Assembly (NCBI GenBank): GCA_000320545.1
Contig: ADNK01000501.1
Coordinates: forward strand, 62,001 to 126,000
DNA length: 64,000 bases
Source: Bigelowiella natans CCMP2755
Lineage: Eukaryota > Protista > Cercozoa
Reading direction: 5' to 3'
Shown: positions 1-13,490 of the stretch, piece by piece
Layout: each line of letters starts with the position of its first letter
How positions within the stretch are numbered: the first letter of the stretch is position 1
The notes under the pieces: model-generated
Told to the model about the DNA's origin: nothing
The model's input: only the letters and a program-made list of their open reading frames with translations
Database searches by the model: none
Position numbers and translations under genes: made by a program

Positions 1-21
1 CTGTCGATATGCCTTGCCCAT
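1..21 (-). CDS. Probable start of a gene running off the left edge (MGKAYRQ...)
   Basis: Minus strand reads ctaccATGGGCAAGGCATATCGACAG with a good initiation context and a promoter-like region upstream (GTTGTCGTAGGG at 168-179). Only 7 codons are visible. Confidence 0.3.
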
Positions 22-1388
22 GGTAGCTGAGTTCTGACTATTTTATCCCAAGGCAGGTTTCGTTTGTAGTTGGTGGTTATTAGTTTCTTTCGGGTCCACG
101 GAGAGGAAATCGGCGCTCAGGAGAGGACGAAGGAGAGCAATTGTGCCACAGTCTCTTTCTATTTCTTCCCTACGACAACGTATTCCGCCCTAAAATGTTG
201 TAAATGGAATCTGCTTTTGGTTCCTTTCAGTAGCTAAGGAATGTGGCGTTTAGGTGCTGCGACAACAGGAACAAATAGGTCGCAGGTTAAATTCTGCTGG
301 ACGTTGAAGAAATCCTGAGAAAGCGCATCTCCCGACTACCGTCCATGGTAAGCACATCACATGTTACTAGCTGTTTAGATCATTTCTCGGAGGTGTCCAA
401 GAATTCGTCACATGGCATATCCAGTGATCCTTTCAGATGCCCCTGTGAAAACACCTCATGCACTCATTCATGCATGAATGCGGTACACAATGGTGGTTGT
501 GCATTTGAACACGACGTCATTCGATCTAGCTTGCTAGCTAGCAACAGATTGCAACCTGATCGAAGGCTGCCATTCTAGCATGCCGCGCTCTAGCGCTGCA
601 CGTGTGTGTCGTAAACGCTACGCAAGCAAAGACGGCATCATTGGTGTACGCCGCAAGGATTTCTAGATGTAACGCAAGCCACATGCGCATGTCTAACTAT
701 TCTGGTAATCTAGTAATGTGCTGCGAGGCAAAAAAAAGGTCAATCGGCACTGGCTAGCTGGGGATGCATGCTAGCATGGCATCGCGGACATTAATTGCTT
801 CGTGTCAACTGTGAAGCTTGTATGCAATGAATCATCCTCATCACGAGTCAAACTAGCTAAATGTGAGAAGTGTTTCAGATGTGCCGAACGCGCAACATGC
901 ACATAACCTGCATGTAACACAAACTCCTGAATTAGTAATTACATGTTAATATTGGAAGGTGATTATCAATGAAACGCACAGCAAGTACTACTTTGTTTAG
1001 ATACGTGCAGTTGCAGATGTAGAAGTAGCATGTTGCAGCATGTCCGAGCCCATCTAGCCATCTCTGTAAAATATCGCTGGCGCCACCCTCAATTATAATT
1101 GAACAATTCCGAGTCGTTCACCTAAGAATGATGGACATCTTAATTAAATATCATTGAAATGCGCCATTTTTTGCCAATTGAACAAGAGCATTTCAACTTT
1201 GCAACGGTGTATAGGAAAGAAAACCGGAAGTAACCATTTCATCACAATGTATCTAGTTGTACATAATGCCGCACATACGCGAATAGTCGATGAGGATCGT
1301 CTTTCCAGCGAACATCTTTATCCTGTTTTAACAGAATTATGCACAATTAGATGCCCCATAGCACATGATATAGACTGATAGCTTCAAG

Positions 1389-2443
1389 CTAATTACAAAC
1401 TGTATTCTCTCTCCTTCTCGCTGTTCTTTTGTACCCTACGAACCCCACAGCGCCTCTAAAGGTCTGTGGCTGCTGCTGTTGTTGTTGCTGCTGCTGCCTG
1501 CGGTCTTTATCATCGTTCTTTGGTCCCGCCCCAAGTCCAACATAGACAGTTTTCTGTTGAATACAATACCATCTTATTTAAAAAATATATCCGCATAGCT
1601 TCTCGCCGAATCCTTCCGATTATACGATAAGAAGGTCAACGGCAGGAAAGATCAATTATGTAAGGAATCCTAAATCAGTCAATGCAAAGCTCTGGGACTG
1701 CTGCTACTCATTTTCTACTGGTAGTACGAAAGCTCTTTTAAAAAGGCAACTTGCGTTCGGAAAAATCAGTGCCACTACATTTCCAAGGAAGAGAGGTCCG
1801 ATAGAAATATTAGCAGCCTACGAAATAGTATTTAGTATTATGGAACTAGTTACAGAGTTAGTGGGTGGATGAGGAATGCTTTTAGCTACTACCAACGGAA
1901 TAGAAGGACATCGTCCTGCCCCAGAATCGAAGCCAATCCATTTCTGACAACAGCAACGACAACAACGACGACGACGACGATGAAACAACAAGGAGAATAT
2001 TAACATCAATTTAGTAGCAGCAGCAGCAGCAGCTACAGATCGAAATATTAATTAAAGATGCTTGTCATGATGATAGCAAGACATCAGCTCGTGAATAGTA
2101 CGATGAACTACCGTTGTACTGGCAGCCTGACTACGTCCCATCGCTGCTTGGCTCTTAATGCGTGATATCGCTGCGCTGTACGAGTTTTCAAGGCTCTGAA
2201 ATAAGATTAGATACACATGGTTGCATACATACGAAGGAAAATTACATTTGCAAAAGAAAGGCTGCTAGGGACTCAACACCCTCCACAATGTGTCCTTTGT
2301 TACTCTTCCAAGCCTGCACCAACTTCTCCTCTTCCTTCGTCCCAACAACAATATTGTTTCTGTTATTCTAGTTTTACCAAGAGGGGCACACTTGAGGGAG
2401 GGAGGAAGAGGTCCACATTAAGCCTAACCAAAAGGATATAAAA

Positions 2444-2478
<35 letters not shown>

Positions 2479-3015
2479 GGATAATGAATGTAGGGCCAAG
2501 CGTATGGAGCGATAGACATACACAAATGGAATTCACACACCAACGTTGGCAAGGAATCCAACTTAAAGTTATCAATAGTGATGTTGTCGAATAGCAACAG
2601 CAACAGCAGCAGCAGCAGTAGCAGTAGCATATAGCGACTCTGCATGGGTAATGTATAGAGTGCAGGTATTGATCATATATTGATTGTGATACAGTCACTT
2701 CTATCATTATCCTGGCGCATGACATAACATTTCTTACCCCGTGTCTAAGATCATAAATCTCTTTGTCGTTTTCTTCTTTTTCTTCTGCATTGCAGCGTTG
2801 TCCTCCTTCATTTAAATTTGTTATTATTTTTCTTCCTTATTAGCAGTTATGGCAATGTAATAGTCGCTGACGAAGAAGAGAGTAACAAAGAGTGCTTTAT
2901 TCGTTAAAAGTGTATTGTGCGCAATATCTGTGAGTTAAGGGTTAAACGTGCTAGTCATTGAAGGAGAACTGGATTGTTGAGGATCATGGATGAAAACATT
3001 ACAATAATAGTAGTA

Positions 3016-3047
<32 letters not shown>

Positions 3048-5494
3048 CACAGCGTTGTGATGGAAGCTGACTTCTATGTATGGTACCTATAGAATGAAAA
3101 GGTCATCAAATGAACCCAACTTTCCCACCACACACACACACACACACACACACATACAAACAAATAGGTAAGCATACTCTGAAACACGTTATCAAACAGA
3201 ACATGTGGAAGGGGTGAGGATAACAGGCTGCACTTCTTTACTTTGTCTTCTATATAAAGCGGAATCCATGTGACTGAGTTGTTACTCACGACAGCCTGGA
3301 TCGTATCTTTTCTCCTCCTCCCACTTTGCCCCAATGTAAGCTCTTCCTGCAGAATCATGAAGTGTAAGAAAGTGAAATATTTCACAAAATCTCCGCGTAA
3401 TGCGCAGATCAGATCCTATAAATGACTTTGCGAGTATACATGAAGAAGGAGCCACTATGACTTTCCACAGTAATTGAAGAAGGATAAGATTACTATCTTA
3501 CTATTTAATTTCACACAGGCACACGACACGCATTAACACACCTCTGGATGCAAAAATCTTACGATTTTATTGCTGTTATTGCCTTCCTCTCCCATATCTT
3601 CCTTATCATCCTCCTCGTCCACCCCCTTCTCATGTTCTTTGCTACTGTCATGAGCATCGTTATCATCACAGAGTACTGACATCTGCACCACAGCAGCCTG
3701 GAATATTGGGAAACCGCACACTCCACTCGGATATAGCTTTTGACGGCGCTTATGATGGTGATGATGACCATTCATACCACGAGCAGCGCGACCGTCATTC
3801 TCATTTCCATCAACACGACGGAGGCCATTGAAAACGCTGATGACGGGAGAGTCCAAAGTGATAGAGCCAATCTGCACCTTATCCACGAGGTATTCCTTGG
3901 CGCAAACTTGTGCTGTCGCCCCTTGCCCTATCGTCACATTTGTCGAGCCCAGAGATCGCAGCCCTCTTTGTATTGGTATAGAGTCAGAAAAAGAAGAATG
4001 AGGAGGAGAAGAAAATGATGGGAGCTGATCAGAGTGGAAAAGCATCATCGCTTCTGAGCACGCCGTATCCAGAACGAGGTTGTTCACTTTCATCTTGTTG
4101 TTTATCGTTGCAGAGACGGCGAGCCGACCGTCTGACATCATACGAGCTCTGAGGGGGGGCACTGTATTATTCTCCATCAACTGTGAGGAGCTACGATGAG
4201 ATGGATGAGAAAAAGGAGAACGAGTAGAATCCTTATACGATAGCGATAATGAAGACATGACTTTTACTGCACCATCTATTCCTCTACTGGTCAATAGCCT
4301 ATCTTTCTCTTCCGTATCAATCGCCATAATTATCTCACAACTCCGAATGACGACAGTGGAGCCCTTTGTTGACTTTGTAATGAATGGAACACATGCAATC
4401 TTCATATTGTCATTGCTGTTGCTGCTGACCGACGACCATTCAAAGTACCAATGTGTAGTCGCAGCCACTTCAGGAGAAGGATCATCACTTACACAACATA
4501 GAGGAGTTCCGCTAACCTTATCAATGTACAAGCGTGCTGTTTTTGCTCGCCCCCTGACGCACATCTGCACGACGTGGCAACGGTGCACACGTCCTTCTGT
4601 ATCTGCAATAATGTCCTCCTCCCTAGTTCCTGCATCCTTCACGTGTTCAACGTCGAGAACTCCAGAGAATACACGAGGAAAGGTCCACGCTCCGGTAAGC
4701 GCGTATAATTGAAGTAGTGTCGGATCGTGACCATCAGGAAATAATCTTTTCTTGGACACTGCATTAAGAGGATAATGAGGGGAGGGCGGCAGACTATCGT
4801 GTATAGCTGTTCCAACCGTTGTCGCCCACGCGTCCTCTCCATCGTACTCAACACGGTAGGGAATTTGAGTGAAATTTCCTACTTTAGAGTATGAGCCGTT
4901 TGATGAGAGCATTGCTATAAACTCTTCTGTTTTGCGTCCACTTTCCCACACTTCCCCCTTAATTTTGAGATGCTCATTTCCGCTAATCGTTCCATTCCGC
5001 CACATACGCTCTCTAACCTGCCGCAGGATCTTCTCCAAGCTTATGGGCTTCGCGAGCGAATGTCCTGATGGATCATTGTTCGTATTTTTACGACTCAACT
5101 TCTTTTTCTTTTTCCGTTTTTTCTTCTTTCCGTTTTTGTTCCTCCCAAGTCGGCGTGCTCCTCCCTCGGCAGAGGCGTTTCGAGCGGACGTTGCGCGTGT
5201 ATGGGTGCGTGAATTGACACAACCTCCTGTTTGGTAATTATACTCATTGATACCTTCACCAGTACCAGAATTGTCATTTCTCCCCTTAGTAATTAGTTCC
5301 GACAACAAAGCTACGGAGAGCCGTGGAGACTCCCGAACCCGAGCATCGGCACCACCATACTTGAGCGTTCTGCTTGTGCTACCGCTCCTAATGATTGTTC
5401 TACTGTCGTGATGGCCTACCCTCGACATCATCATTAGAGATATGGATAAGTACACCACCACGACGACGACGACTCCTTCCAGCACGGAATTCAT
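1389..5494 (-). CDS. Multi-exon tandem retropepsin-like (bacterial-type) aspartyl protease with N-terminal signal plus transit-like leader
   Basis: ATG at 5494 (MNSVLEGVVVVVVVYLSISLMMMS...). Exon 1 (~3542-5494) holds domain 1: GRLAVSATINN..LVLDTACS..VDKVQIGSITL..SGVCGFPIF. Downstream exons give WIPLYIEDK|VPYIEVSF, KRFMILDTG (DTG at 2738-2745, followed by a gtaag donor), NITIDNFKLDSLPTL, IPYIIDLS and KTVYVG...NTVCN* (stop ~1389). Some internal exons are unresolved. Confidence 0.7.
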
Positions 5495-5991
5495 CTTAAC
5501 CTTGTAGGACAATGCCGAACCAGAGGAGGAGGAGTAGGAGGATCGCACGTCAAGGTCCTCTCATAGTATATACAGCTAGGTCGTTGAGTGTTCATAGGTT
5601 CTCTCAGCCGCCATCTTTCCGCAGTCATCGTTCACCCCTGCCCTCCTTACTCATCTGAACATCATTCAATTTCACTCGGAACCAACGGATCATCGCTTGC
5701 CGACAGGTGCTCGTAAGAGGTATGTTGTCGCACCCTTAAAACCCCCTACATTCTCATGGGATTTGTGCTATATAAGTGCTACTTTCAGCCCCAATAAGAA
5801 TCCAGATTTCCTACTGGATTTGTCCTAGGCGGAAGGACACATGTGAATAATCGTTTACATGTTAGTTCGTGTCTGGAAAGCCAATCCGACAGCAGTTATG
5901 TTCGAGTTTCGTCGTAATAATATCTAAATAATTATGTCCATAATGGCGTTTCCGAACTTGGCGTAGACTGTCAGAGCTGCGCGCCGAAACC
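5495..5991. promoter_or_regulatory. Divergent promoter region between the aspartyl protease and the nucleotidyltransferase-KH gene
   Basis: About 500 bp between head-to-head starts. Contains GTTGTCGCA (5724-5732) and a TATA-like CTATATAAG at ~5768-5776. Confidence 0.45.
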
Positions 5992-7524
5992 ATGGGACCC
6001 AAACGATGGGCCCCAAAGAAGAACTCACAAACGCAGGATCGGAAAGGCGGTCCTGCGCAAATGCCGCAGGGGGTTAAGAATTCCTCCTCCACGCGCGGCC
6101 AGCAGCGCGAGTCCAATGCAACAAGGAACAGAGGTAACCGTAACAGAAATGCTGCGAAAGCACCATCGCAACGGCGGAGGAGGCGGGGTGGCCCAAGGCA
6201 AAAGCCGAGGTAGTGAATTATCTGGTCACATTTGTAGTTGACGTTATCGTTGATAGTACTGTTCGCCATCAGACAAGATGCTGCAGATAACTCGCCCCAG
6301 CTACCACCCGCAACAGGTGGGGGCCCCCAACCTGTGGCGTCATCATCATCATCATCATCTACTCTTGCTGAAACATCCGCTGCTGGGCCATCTTTTTCTT
6401 CTCAACACCCATCACAGAAGAAGATCCAATTTCAGGTGTGTACATTGCTTTCGTCCATGCTGCGTTCACTCGCTGGGACGCTGTCCCCCCCACCTGCTCC
6501 TTTTTCTCTTCTTCCATGTGAGCTACAAATGTCTGTCTGGTCATGATGCTGCCCAAACCGATTCCTCCTTCTTCTTACCACTCAAAAATAGGGCAGGGTG
6601 AAAGGCGTTTTCTTAGAGTCAAGGGTCGCTGCGGTCGAGTCCAACAGTCTGGGAAGCATTCTTGACTCCCTGCGGCAGCTCGGTCTGCCAGAAGGCTGTA
6701 TTAAGATAGTTGGACCCCGGCAGTTGGTGGTATATGGCGTTCCAGCAGAGACTGGAGATGGCCTTCTTCGCTCTGTGTAAGTATGAGATCATGGCGATGA
6801 TGACGATGATGATCATGATGATGATGGTGGAAGGAAAAGCTCACAAACACTCATCTACTAGCTCTCAATTTATAACATGAACATCGACAGCCTTAAGGAC
6901 GTGGAAAGCAAGATACAGTCTTTCGAAAGTGTTCCTTCATATTTGCAAGTAGTCCCTATCCTTGATCCAGCAGGTACTTGTAGTTCTGCAGCGTCCATGC
7001 TGGTGGTGGTGGTGGGTAGTAGTTTCCTACTTTGTGCGGCTATCATCACTCTTCGTTACTGTTCTCCGCTTCATCAACCGAATCCTCTTACTTCTTTCTC
7101 AGCCCGCCCCCTTGACGCGCTCCCTAAGACTGTTCAATACCCGCATCCGAGGAGTGAGTGCCTGCACAGCCTGCTCGCTTGTCTTACATATATATACACA
7201 TATATACACATATGTGTACATATCATTATCATATATTCACATGTTGTGCGCGTATACGAGTAGTGTTCCATTAATATATAAATATATTATATGTGTATAT
7301 GTGTATATGTGTATATATATGTTCTCGGGCACTTATCACCTATATACATCGTACGTAGCTGGAGATCCTGTCATTATTAGCGCAGTGAGAGACGCTGACT
7401 CTGGACAACCTAGGTATTATTATATACTCATACGTATACACACAAATACTTAAAATTATTTCTTGTTTTTTTCCCAATGTAACACTGTCTTGTATGCTAC
7501 TCAAAGTGGATTTATCAGCAGCAG

Positions 7525-7571
<47 letters not shown>

Positions 7572-10500
7572 TCTCTCTCTCTCTCCTGTAATTCTGGACT
7601 ATCTTCGTGTTATGGCTCTTATGCTACTGCTGCTGCTGCTCTGCGTAAGGATGAAGCCTCCTACCGATAATTCACAGAAGCATGTTGTCGTTGGTTGTCT
7701 TGTGTGGTGATAACAAATTAGGGTGGAAAGAGTCGACCTTGTTGTGCCTGACATGATGCAGCAAAGGGGGGGGGTACCGCAACCGTTTCATCCTCATCTC
7801 CGCTCTCCAGCCTTGCGAGCTGAAGAGCTCGAAATGAAGTTGGCGAAGCAACATCTGCCACCACAAGGAGGAGGAGGAGGAGGAGGAGGTGAAGATGCGG
7901 GAAGGGGGGATAAATCTTGCTTTAAGTTGTGTTGAAGAAGAGGGATGATGACGAGGATGATATGCACAACCAAACACTCAAATATGTACATTGGATAATT
8001 TGTATCTACACCGCATTGACACGCAACATGGGTGATAGAATTAGAATAATTTAACGATATTATTGGAGCTCATGATGAAGACAAATGATCGACTTGATGC
8101 TGACGATATGCTCTTCTTTCCTATCAAAGGCCCGCTCTCATCTCATCATTCTTCCGCGCATCATCATCATCCTCTCCCAATTGGGGGTGAGAATGACTAT
8201 CGTCATCAGCGTCATCTTCATCATCCGGCCTCGCAGCTCCTATCATCGTCGTTGCTTTCCCAACCAACATCATCATCATCATCGTCGCCATTACCATTAC
8301 TATCGTCAAAACTAGGCGGTCTTCAGAACCTACAAGATATGATGCAGAGGGCCACACTTAATAGTGCACGAATTGAAGGTGGGGGAGGAAGAGGAGCAAC
8401 TGTCCAACACCAAGAGATCTCAAATCAGCAACAACAGAGGACATCTCGGCATCAACGCCCTCAGCAGCATGATGACTCTTTTCATCATCACCAACAAAGG
8501 CCTCCTCCTCCTCATCATCATCATCAACAGCAACAACAACAACAACAACAACTTAGCAATCAAGCACCACGATCATCCCAACCAGTAGCCCCCATTGGAA
8601 GATCAGCAGCACCAGCAGCAGCTTCAGCTGGACGACAGCGCCTTCATCATCAACAGCAGCACCAGCAGCAAAGACAAAGACAGCCACGCGAGGAGATGCT
8701 CTCAGCTCTTTCAAATGCCATCCGAGACTTTTACCAGGAGAATGCGGAGCGAGAGGAGGACGTTACGAATCGAGTCAAGGTTTTTCAGCGCCTCGACTCA
8801 ATCGCACGGACATGCTTTCCAGGCATACAGCTGCTCATCTTCGGCTCATGTGCGGTCGGCTTGTCATCGCGTTCCAGCGACATTGACTTATGCTTGGAGT
8901 TTACGGATGTGAGGGCCGAAGCGGAGCTCAAAGAGAAGATCAAACAACGGTGGCAGCAAGAACAGGAAGAAAAGAAGAGGAAGGAGAGAGAAAAGAAACA
9001 AGAAGAAGAAGAGGGAGGGGAGGAGGAGGAGAAAGAAGAGGCCGACGAGAAAGGCGAAGGCGGCCTCAGGAATGACGACTACAAGACGCACGTTCTTGGG
9101 ACCATAGCAGGTAAACTGGAAGATAGCGGCTTCGAGAATGTGAAGCCGCTGCTAGAAATACGCATTCCCATCGTCAAGTGTACTGATATAGAGACCCAGG
9201 TAGAGACGGACATCTCCTTTACTGATGCAGCACAGCATAAGGCCAAAACGCAGTGCCTGGCACGATTTGCCTCCGCCCACGTGCTGGTGAAGGTGTTGAT
9301 CATGGCTGTGAAGCATTGGTCAGGTAATCGCAAGATCCGCAGCTCCTGGATGTTAAATTCATATGGGTGGTGTCTTCTTACCATCCAATTCCTACAAATG
9401 TGCGAGCCTGGCATCCTTCGTCTAGGCGGTGGCAGCACTGACATTCGCAGCACCCTTGGGGAAAAGAAAGGAGGAGAGCTAGAGGAGGAGGAAAAGCAGA
9501 AGCTCCGACACAAGTACGACAACATGCTACGAGGCGACGGAATAGCCGTGCTTTTGCACCGATTCTTTATGTTTTACGCTAAGTATGACTGGGACCAAAA
9601 CGCGGTGTCTGTGCGGCTTGGACGATCTGTAAGCACTATGGCCCGTGCCCACGATGTCCATTCGAAGCTGCTACAGAACGAAAAAGGGGGGGAGGCGAGT
9701 AGCGGCGAGTTCCCATCACTTGCTGCCGCTATTCTCGACAACAACAGCTTGGGGGGGGGGAAGAACAAGAAGAACAAGAACAAGAACAAGAACAAGAACA
9801 AGGAGGCAGCAGCCGGTGAAAATCGCAATGGCGGCGAGAGCCAATCGTCATCAAAGCAGCAGCTGGGGCAGCTAGGGTTCCAGGAGAAGCAGATGACTCA
9901 CATATGCGTGGAGGATCCTGTTGACCCAACAGACAACGTGGGCAGGAACCTACGCTCCTATGAAAGGACTCTCATTCACATGGAGTTTGTGCGTGCTACC
10001 TCCTTGATGTCTGATCGGAAGATCATGATGATGATGATGAAATCCGCCTCCTCCTCCTCCTCCTCCTCGTCGTCGTCGCCCTCATCGGTGTCGCTGTGGG
10101 AGGCTCTGTGCGAGAAACCCAAGTTCGTAATCCTTCAATTTCTCGTTCCTGGTAGCCGGATGGGGGCAGTAATCGGCACCAAAGGCGTCAACATGGAGAA
10201 AATCAAGAACACGACTGGCGTGCGTATGGTAGCAAGCCCCAAGAAAGCGGGAATTGACTGGAGGTATCTTCGGCTCGATGGTATTCCTGAGCGAGTGTCT
10301 GATGCAGCAGCTATGGTGCTGCGTAAGATAGCGATCGGTAGGCCGCCGGAGGTCACAGTCCTTATCCCCAGCGCTCATCTTGAGCCTGTAATGAAGCTGG
10401 TTGCGCTTCCACGCAACGTGACGGCGAGGGTGAGAGAAGGCCTTCCTGAGAAGACATCGTCGAACGTATCGGAGCACAACCACACCGTGGTGCTTGTCGG

Positions 10501-10602
10501 CCCCTCGAGAGCTCTAGGGCGTGTGTTGAAGCTGTTCATCGAAGCGCTGCACGCGGTCGGGGCCAATGAGGATGGCCAGTACAAGTTTCCGATCATCCCT
10601 GA

Positions 10603-10637
<35 letters not shown>

Positions 10638-10702
10638 AGGAGGAGGAGAAAAAGGAGAATGACAACGATGGTAACAGGGAGGAGGACGTGAGGAACGAGT
10701 AG
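5992..10702 (+). CDS. Cid1/TRF4-family terminal nucleotidyltransferase (TUTase / non-canonical poly(A) polymerase) with C-terminal KH domains
   Basis: The terminal exon 8130-10702 has IFGSCAVGLSSRSSDIDLCL (GS and DxD), RIPIVK..TDISF, LNSYGWCLLTIQFLQ, PAP-associated LLHRFFMFYA..YDW and VEDPVDPTDNVGR, and a KH domain LVPGSRMGAVIGTKGVNMEKIKNTTGV. Upstream exons start at ATG 5992 (MGPKRWAPKK). The last junction (donor 7889, acceptor 8129) is phase-1 compatible. Confidence 0.85.
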
Positions 10703-10961
10703 TCCACAGCAGCAGCTGGTGGTTTCAATAAAGATCAGGAGCAGGAGGCTCATCAAGGCTGATGACTTTAGTAGTATAAGCAGAACAACCGCAAGTATTG
10801 TTATTATTATTATTATTATTATTATTTTATGTTCGGAAGACGAAAAATATGCTTGTTACATATAAATGAGAGTACGTGGTCAGTGACCTTCTTGACGAGT
10901 GTCAATCTCCATACTATTCATAACATGCAATCCCAAATACATGTTATTTTTCCGCCACAAT

Positions 10962-10965
10962 TATA

Positions 10966-11045
<80 letters not shown>
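10962..11045. repeat. (TA)n microsatellite, representative of the many SSRs in the window
   Basis: Interrupted TA run. Other examples: (CT)n ~7535-7585, (GAT)n 2444-2476, (CA)n and (TA)n 13406-13487, (GT)n ~23173-23222, (GA)n ~61371-61420. Confidence 0.95.
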
Positions 11046-11047
<2 letters not shown>

Positions 11048-11264
11048 GATGAATGCGCTGGTGCTACTTAATCATTGCAGTGTGCAAAACATGCAATACA
11101 TTTAGAAATGCCGCGATGAATCAAGCAATTATGCCAGAAGCAAAGTACCCTATCTAGCTACTGCTTGCAGCTTGCGTAATAGGTCTTAATGCTGCTCGAC
11201 AATGGCAGAGTCATAGCAACATGGGCGAGATGTTGCACCGAAATATGCAAGCAAATTCATGCAT

Positions 11265-11383
11265 TGCGGTGCGGACTGAGCCGATGATGCTTGTTGGTGA
11301 GCAATTAGGACATCTAGACATCTGCGGTGCGGACTGAGCCGATGATGCTTGTTGGTGAGCAATTAGGACATCTAGACATCTGC
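11265..11383. repeat. Perfect 58-bp tandem duplication
   Basis: TGCGGTGCGGACTGAGCCGATGATGCTTGTTGGTGAGCAATTAGGACATCTAGACATC occurs at 11265-11322 and 11323-11380, followed by TGC. Confidence 0.95.
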
Positions 11384-11833
11384 AACACAGCTCAGTTAGA
11401 GTTAAGTGAGCAGCCAATTGCGCAGTATGCATCGTTGGCAAAATCGTTGCATTTGCGTTATACGCTTCCCTAGGCAATGACATTGCAAAGAGTCCATAGG
11501 CTAGGATGTAGTTGTATAGCTACGTACGTACACAGATTAAGCAGATGCTAAAGTTACTCAACATATGTACATATGATTGCGAACACATGCAGATATTTTT
11601 GGAATAGATAAGTTTGGTGTTTTATATACACAGATAGAGATAATGATATTAAATTTGAAGCATATATGCATGCTAAGATGCACACGTTAGGATGATGAGC
11701 AAACGTACATCCATATTCTTTGTGATTAAACAATTCACCATAAGTTGTCTGTCAGCTGCAAAGTAACACGTTTCTAGGTATTCCTCGGCAGAATCGATAT
11801 TTTATGCAGAATTCGTCGCTTTCTGATGATTAA

Positions 11834-11950
11834 TTACGAGATGCGGAAAAGATTATGGGTAAGTATCAAAAGTAATTCAAAGGCAAAATCTGTGCAGGAT
11901 GGTGCTTTTACACAAGGGATTAGGATGTCCTATATATGTGAGGACACTAG

Positions 11951-11981
<31 letters not shown>

Positions 11982-13266
11982 CTTTTTGTTCAACACTGAA
12001 TAAAAAAGGCCTGTTGCTGATATTGCATCACCCAGGCCTACAGTTGATCCTGGAGACTATCAGCCGGTAAAGGAAAGAATGATAGGGAGAGGAGGAGGAG
12101 AGGAGGGGGAGGAGGAGGAAGAAGAGATAATCATGACAATAGCAAAGATGTAGAATAACAATCTGATTGAATCGCAACATTCATGGCGTGCCTTTTGTTA
12201 TATGTATCATCCCCCCCCTCTCTTCCCATTCTCTTTCCCTGTCTACTACTGCTCTCCCCCACCCCTTCTCTCTGTCCCTCGCATCTTATATTCTGAATCT
12301 CTTGTTCTTCTTACGTTACACACGTAGACAGGCGAGAGATTGAACGCAATGCCGCCTCTTGCCCAACCAATAGAAGCCTCCGTGCTGCTGATGCTCTGAT
12401 GATGATGATGATGATGATGATGATGACGAAGTGTGAAGAGGATGATGACGTAGCAATAGAATATGTATGAGGAATATCCCCCGTCTCTCTCTCGTCATGA
12501 AAGCTCGATCATCAGATCATCGTATTGAAAACAAAGGATATGGTATAGAGAGAGACCAGCTTTCCTCCGGAGGACGTCGATGTGGACACTTGGAACGATG
12601 TTGGGAAGCGTAGCGTAACCTATGAAGATGTGAACGACAAAAACCACCAAACACACACACACACACACACACACATACCATGGACATTGATTTTAAGATA
12701 AAAAACAGATGTAAGTTATATGCATCATCATATTCTTGACCATCATCATCGTCATCGTCATCATCATCATCATCATCCACCACACACCTGATCTAGCTGC
12801 AAGTCTTCGCTCTGACATGCACGTGTCGTGCAGGCCCACGACCCTACACACCACCAGCAGCATCGTAACATTCAACATCAGAATAGCACCCTTAGTTACT
12901 AATAGTAAGGAGACGATCTACAGGTATAATAGCCAGGAACAACTCCTAGAAGTCAGAAGAAGAGGAAGATAGCAATGGAATCGTCGTTGTTGGGGGTCTG
13001 TTCTCTTCTTCTTCTTCTTCTTCTTCTTCTTCCTCTTCCTCATAAGCAGCAGCAGCACACCTGCTGCGACAGCTCTATCGGTATTGTTCCAAGCGCCCTC
13101 GACGTGTGCAATGAGGTGGAAGGTGAGCGAGTGAAAGTGGATCCGACTCAGTCTTGAAGACTTAGAAGATACAAGGAGAAGAAGATGATGCGAGGGAGGG
13201 GGAGGAGGAGGAGGAGGAGGAGGAGGGGAAATGAGAAAACAAGAATGATCATGAGACAACTGCAAC

Positions 13267-13300
<34 letters not shown>

Positions 13301-13403
13301 GTGATGGTAATGCTGTTTACTGGTCCTGAGTATGTCTGCAGAAGCCAGTAGAGAGAATCGCTCACTTTCGCCTAATACATTGCAACAAACCACACGTTGC
13401 AAT

Positions 13404-13441
<38 letters not shown>

Positions 13442-13450
13442 GTAAATATA

Positions 13451-13490
<40 letters not shown>

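Noticed and set aside
345-1378. Short ORFs 345-578 and 1154-1378
   Set aside because: They have no recognisable motifs and lie in the palindrome-rich intergenic tract.
3900-4140. Retropepsin motif as a sign of an LTR retrotransposon
   Set aside because: There is no gag, reverse transcriptase, integrase or LTR. The gene is intron-rich and has a targeting leader.
11265-11383. 58-bp repeat as a CRISPR array or box C/D snoRNA pair
   Set aside because: There are no spacers or cas genes and the context is eukaryotic. The GATGATG and CTGA words do not form a proper RUGAUGA...CUGA unit with a terminal stem.
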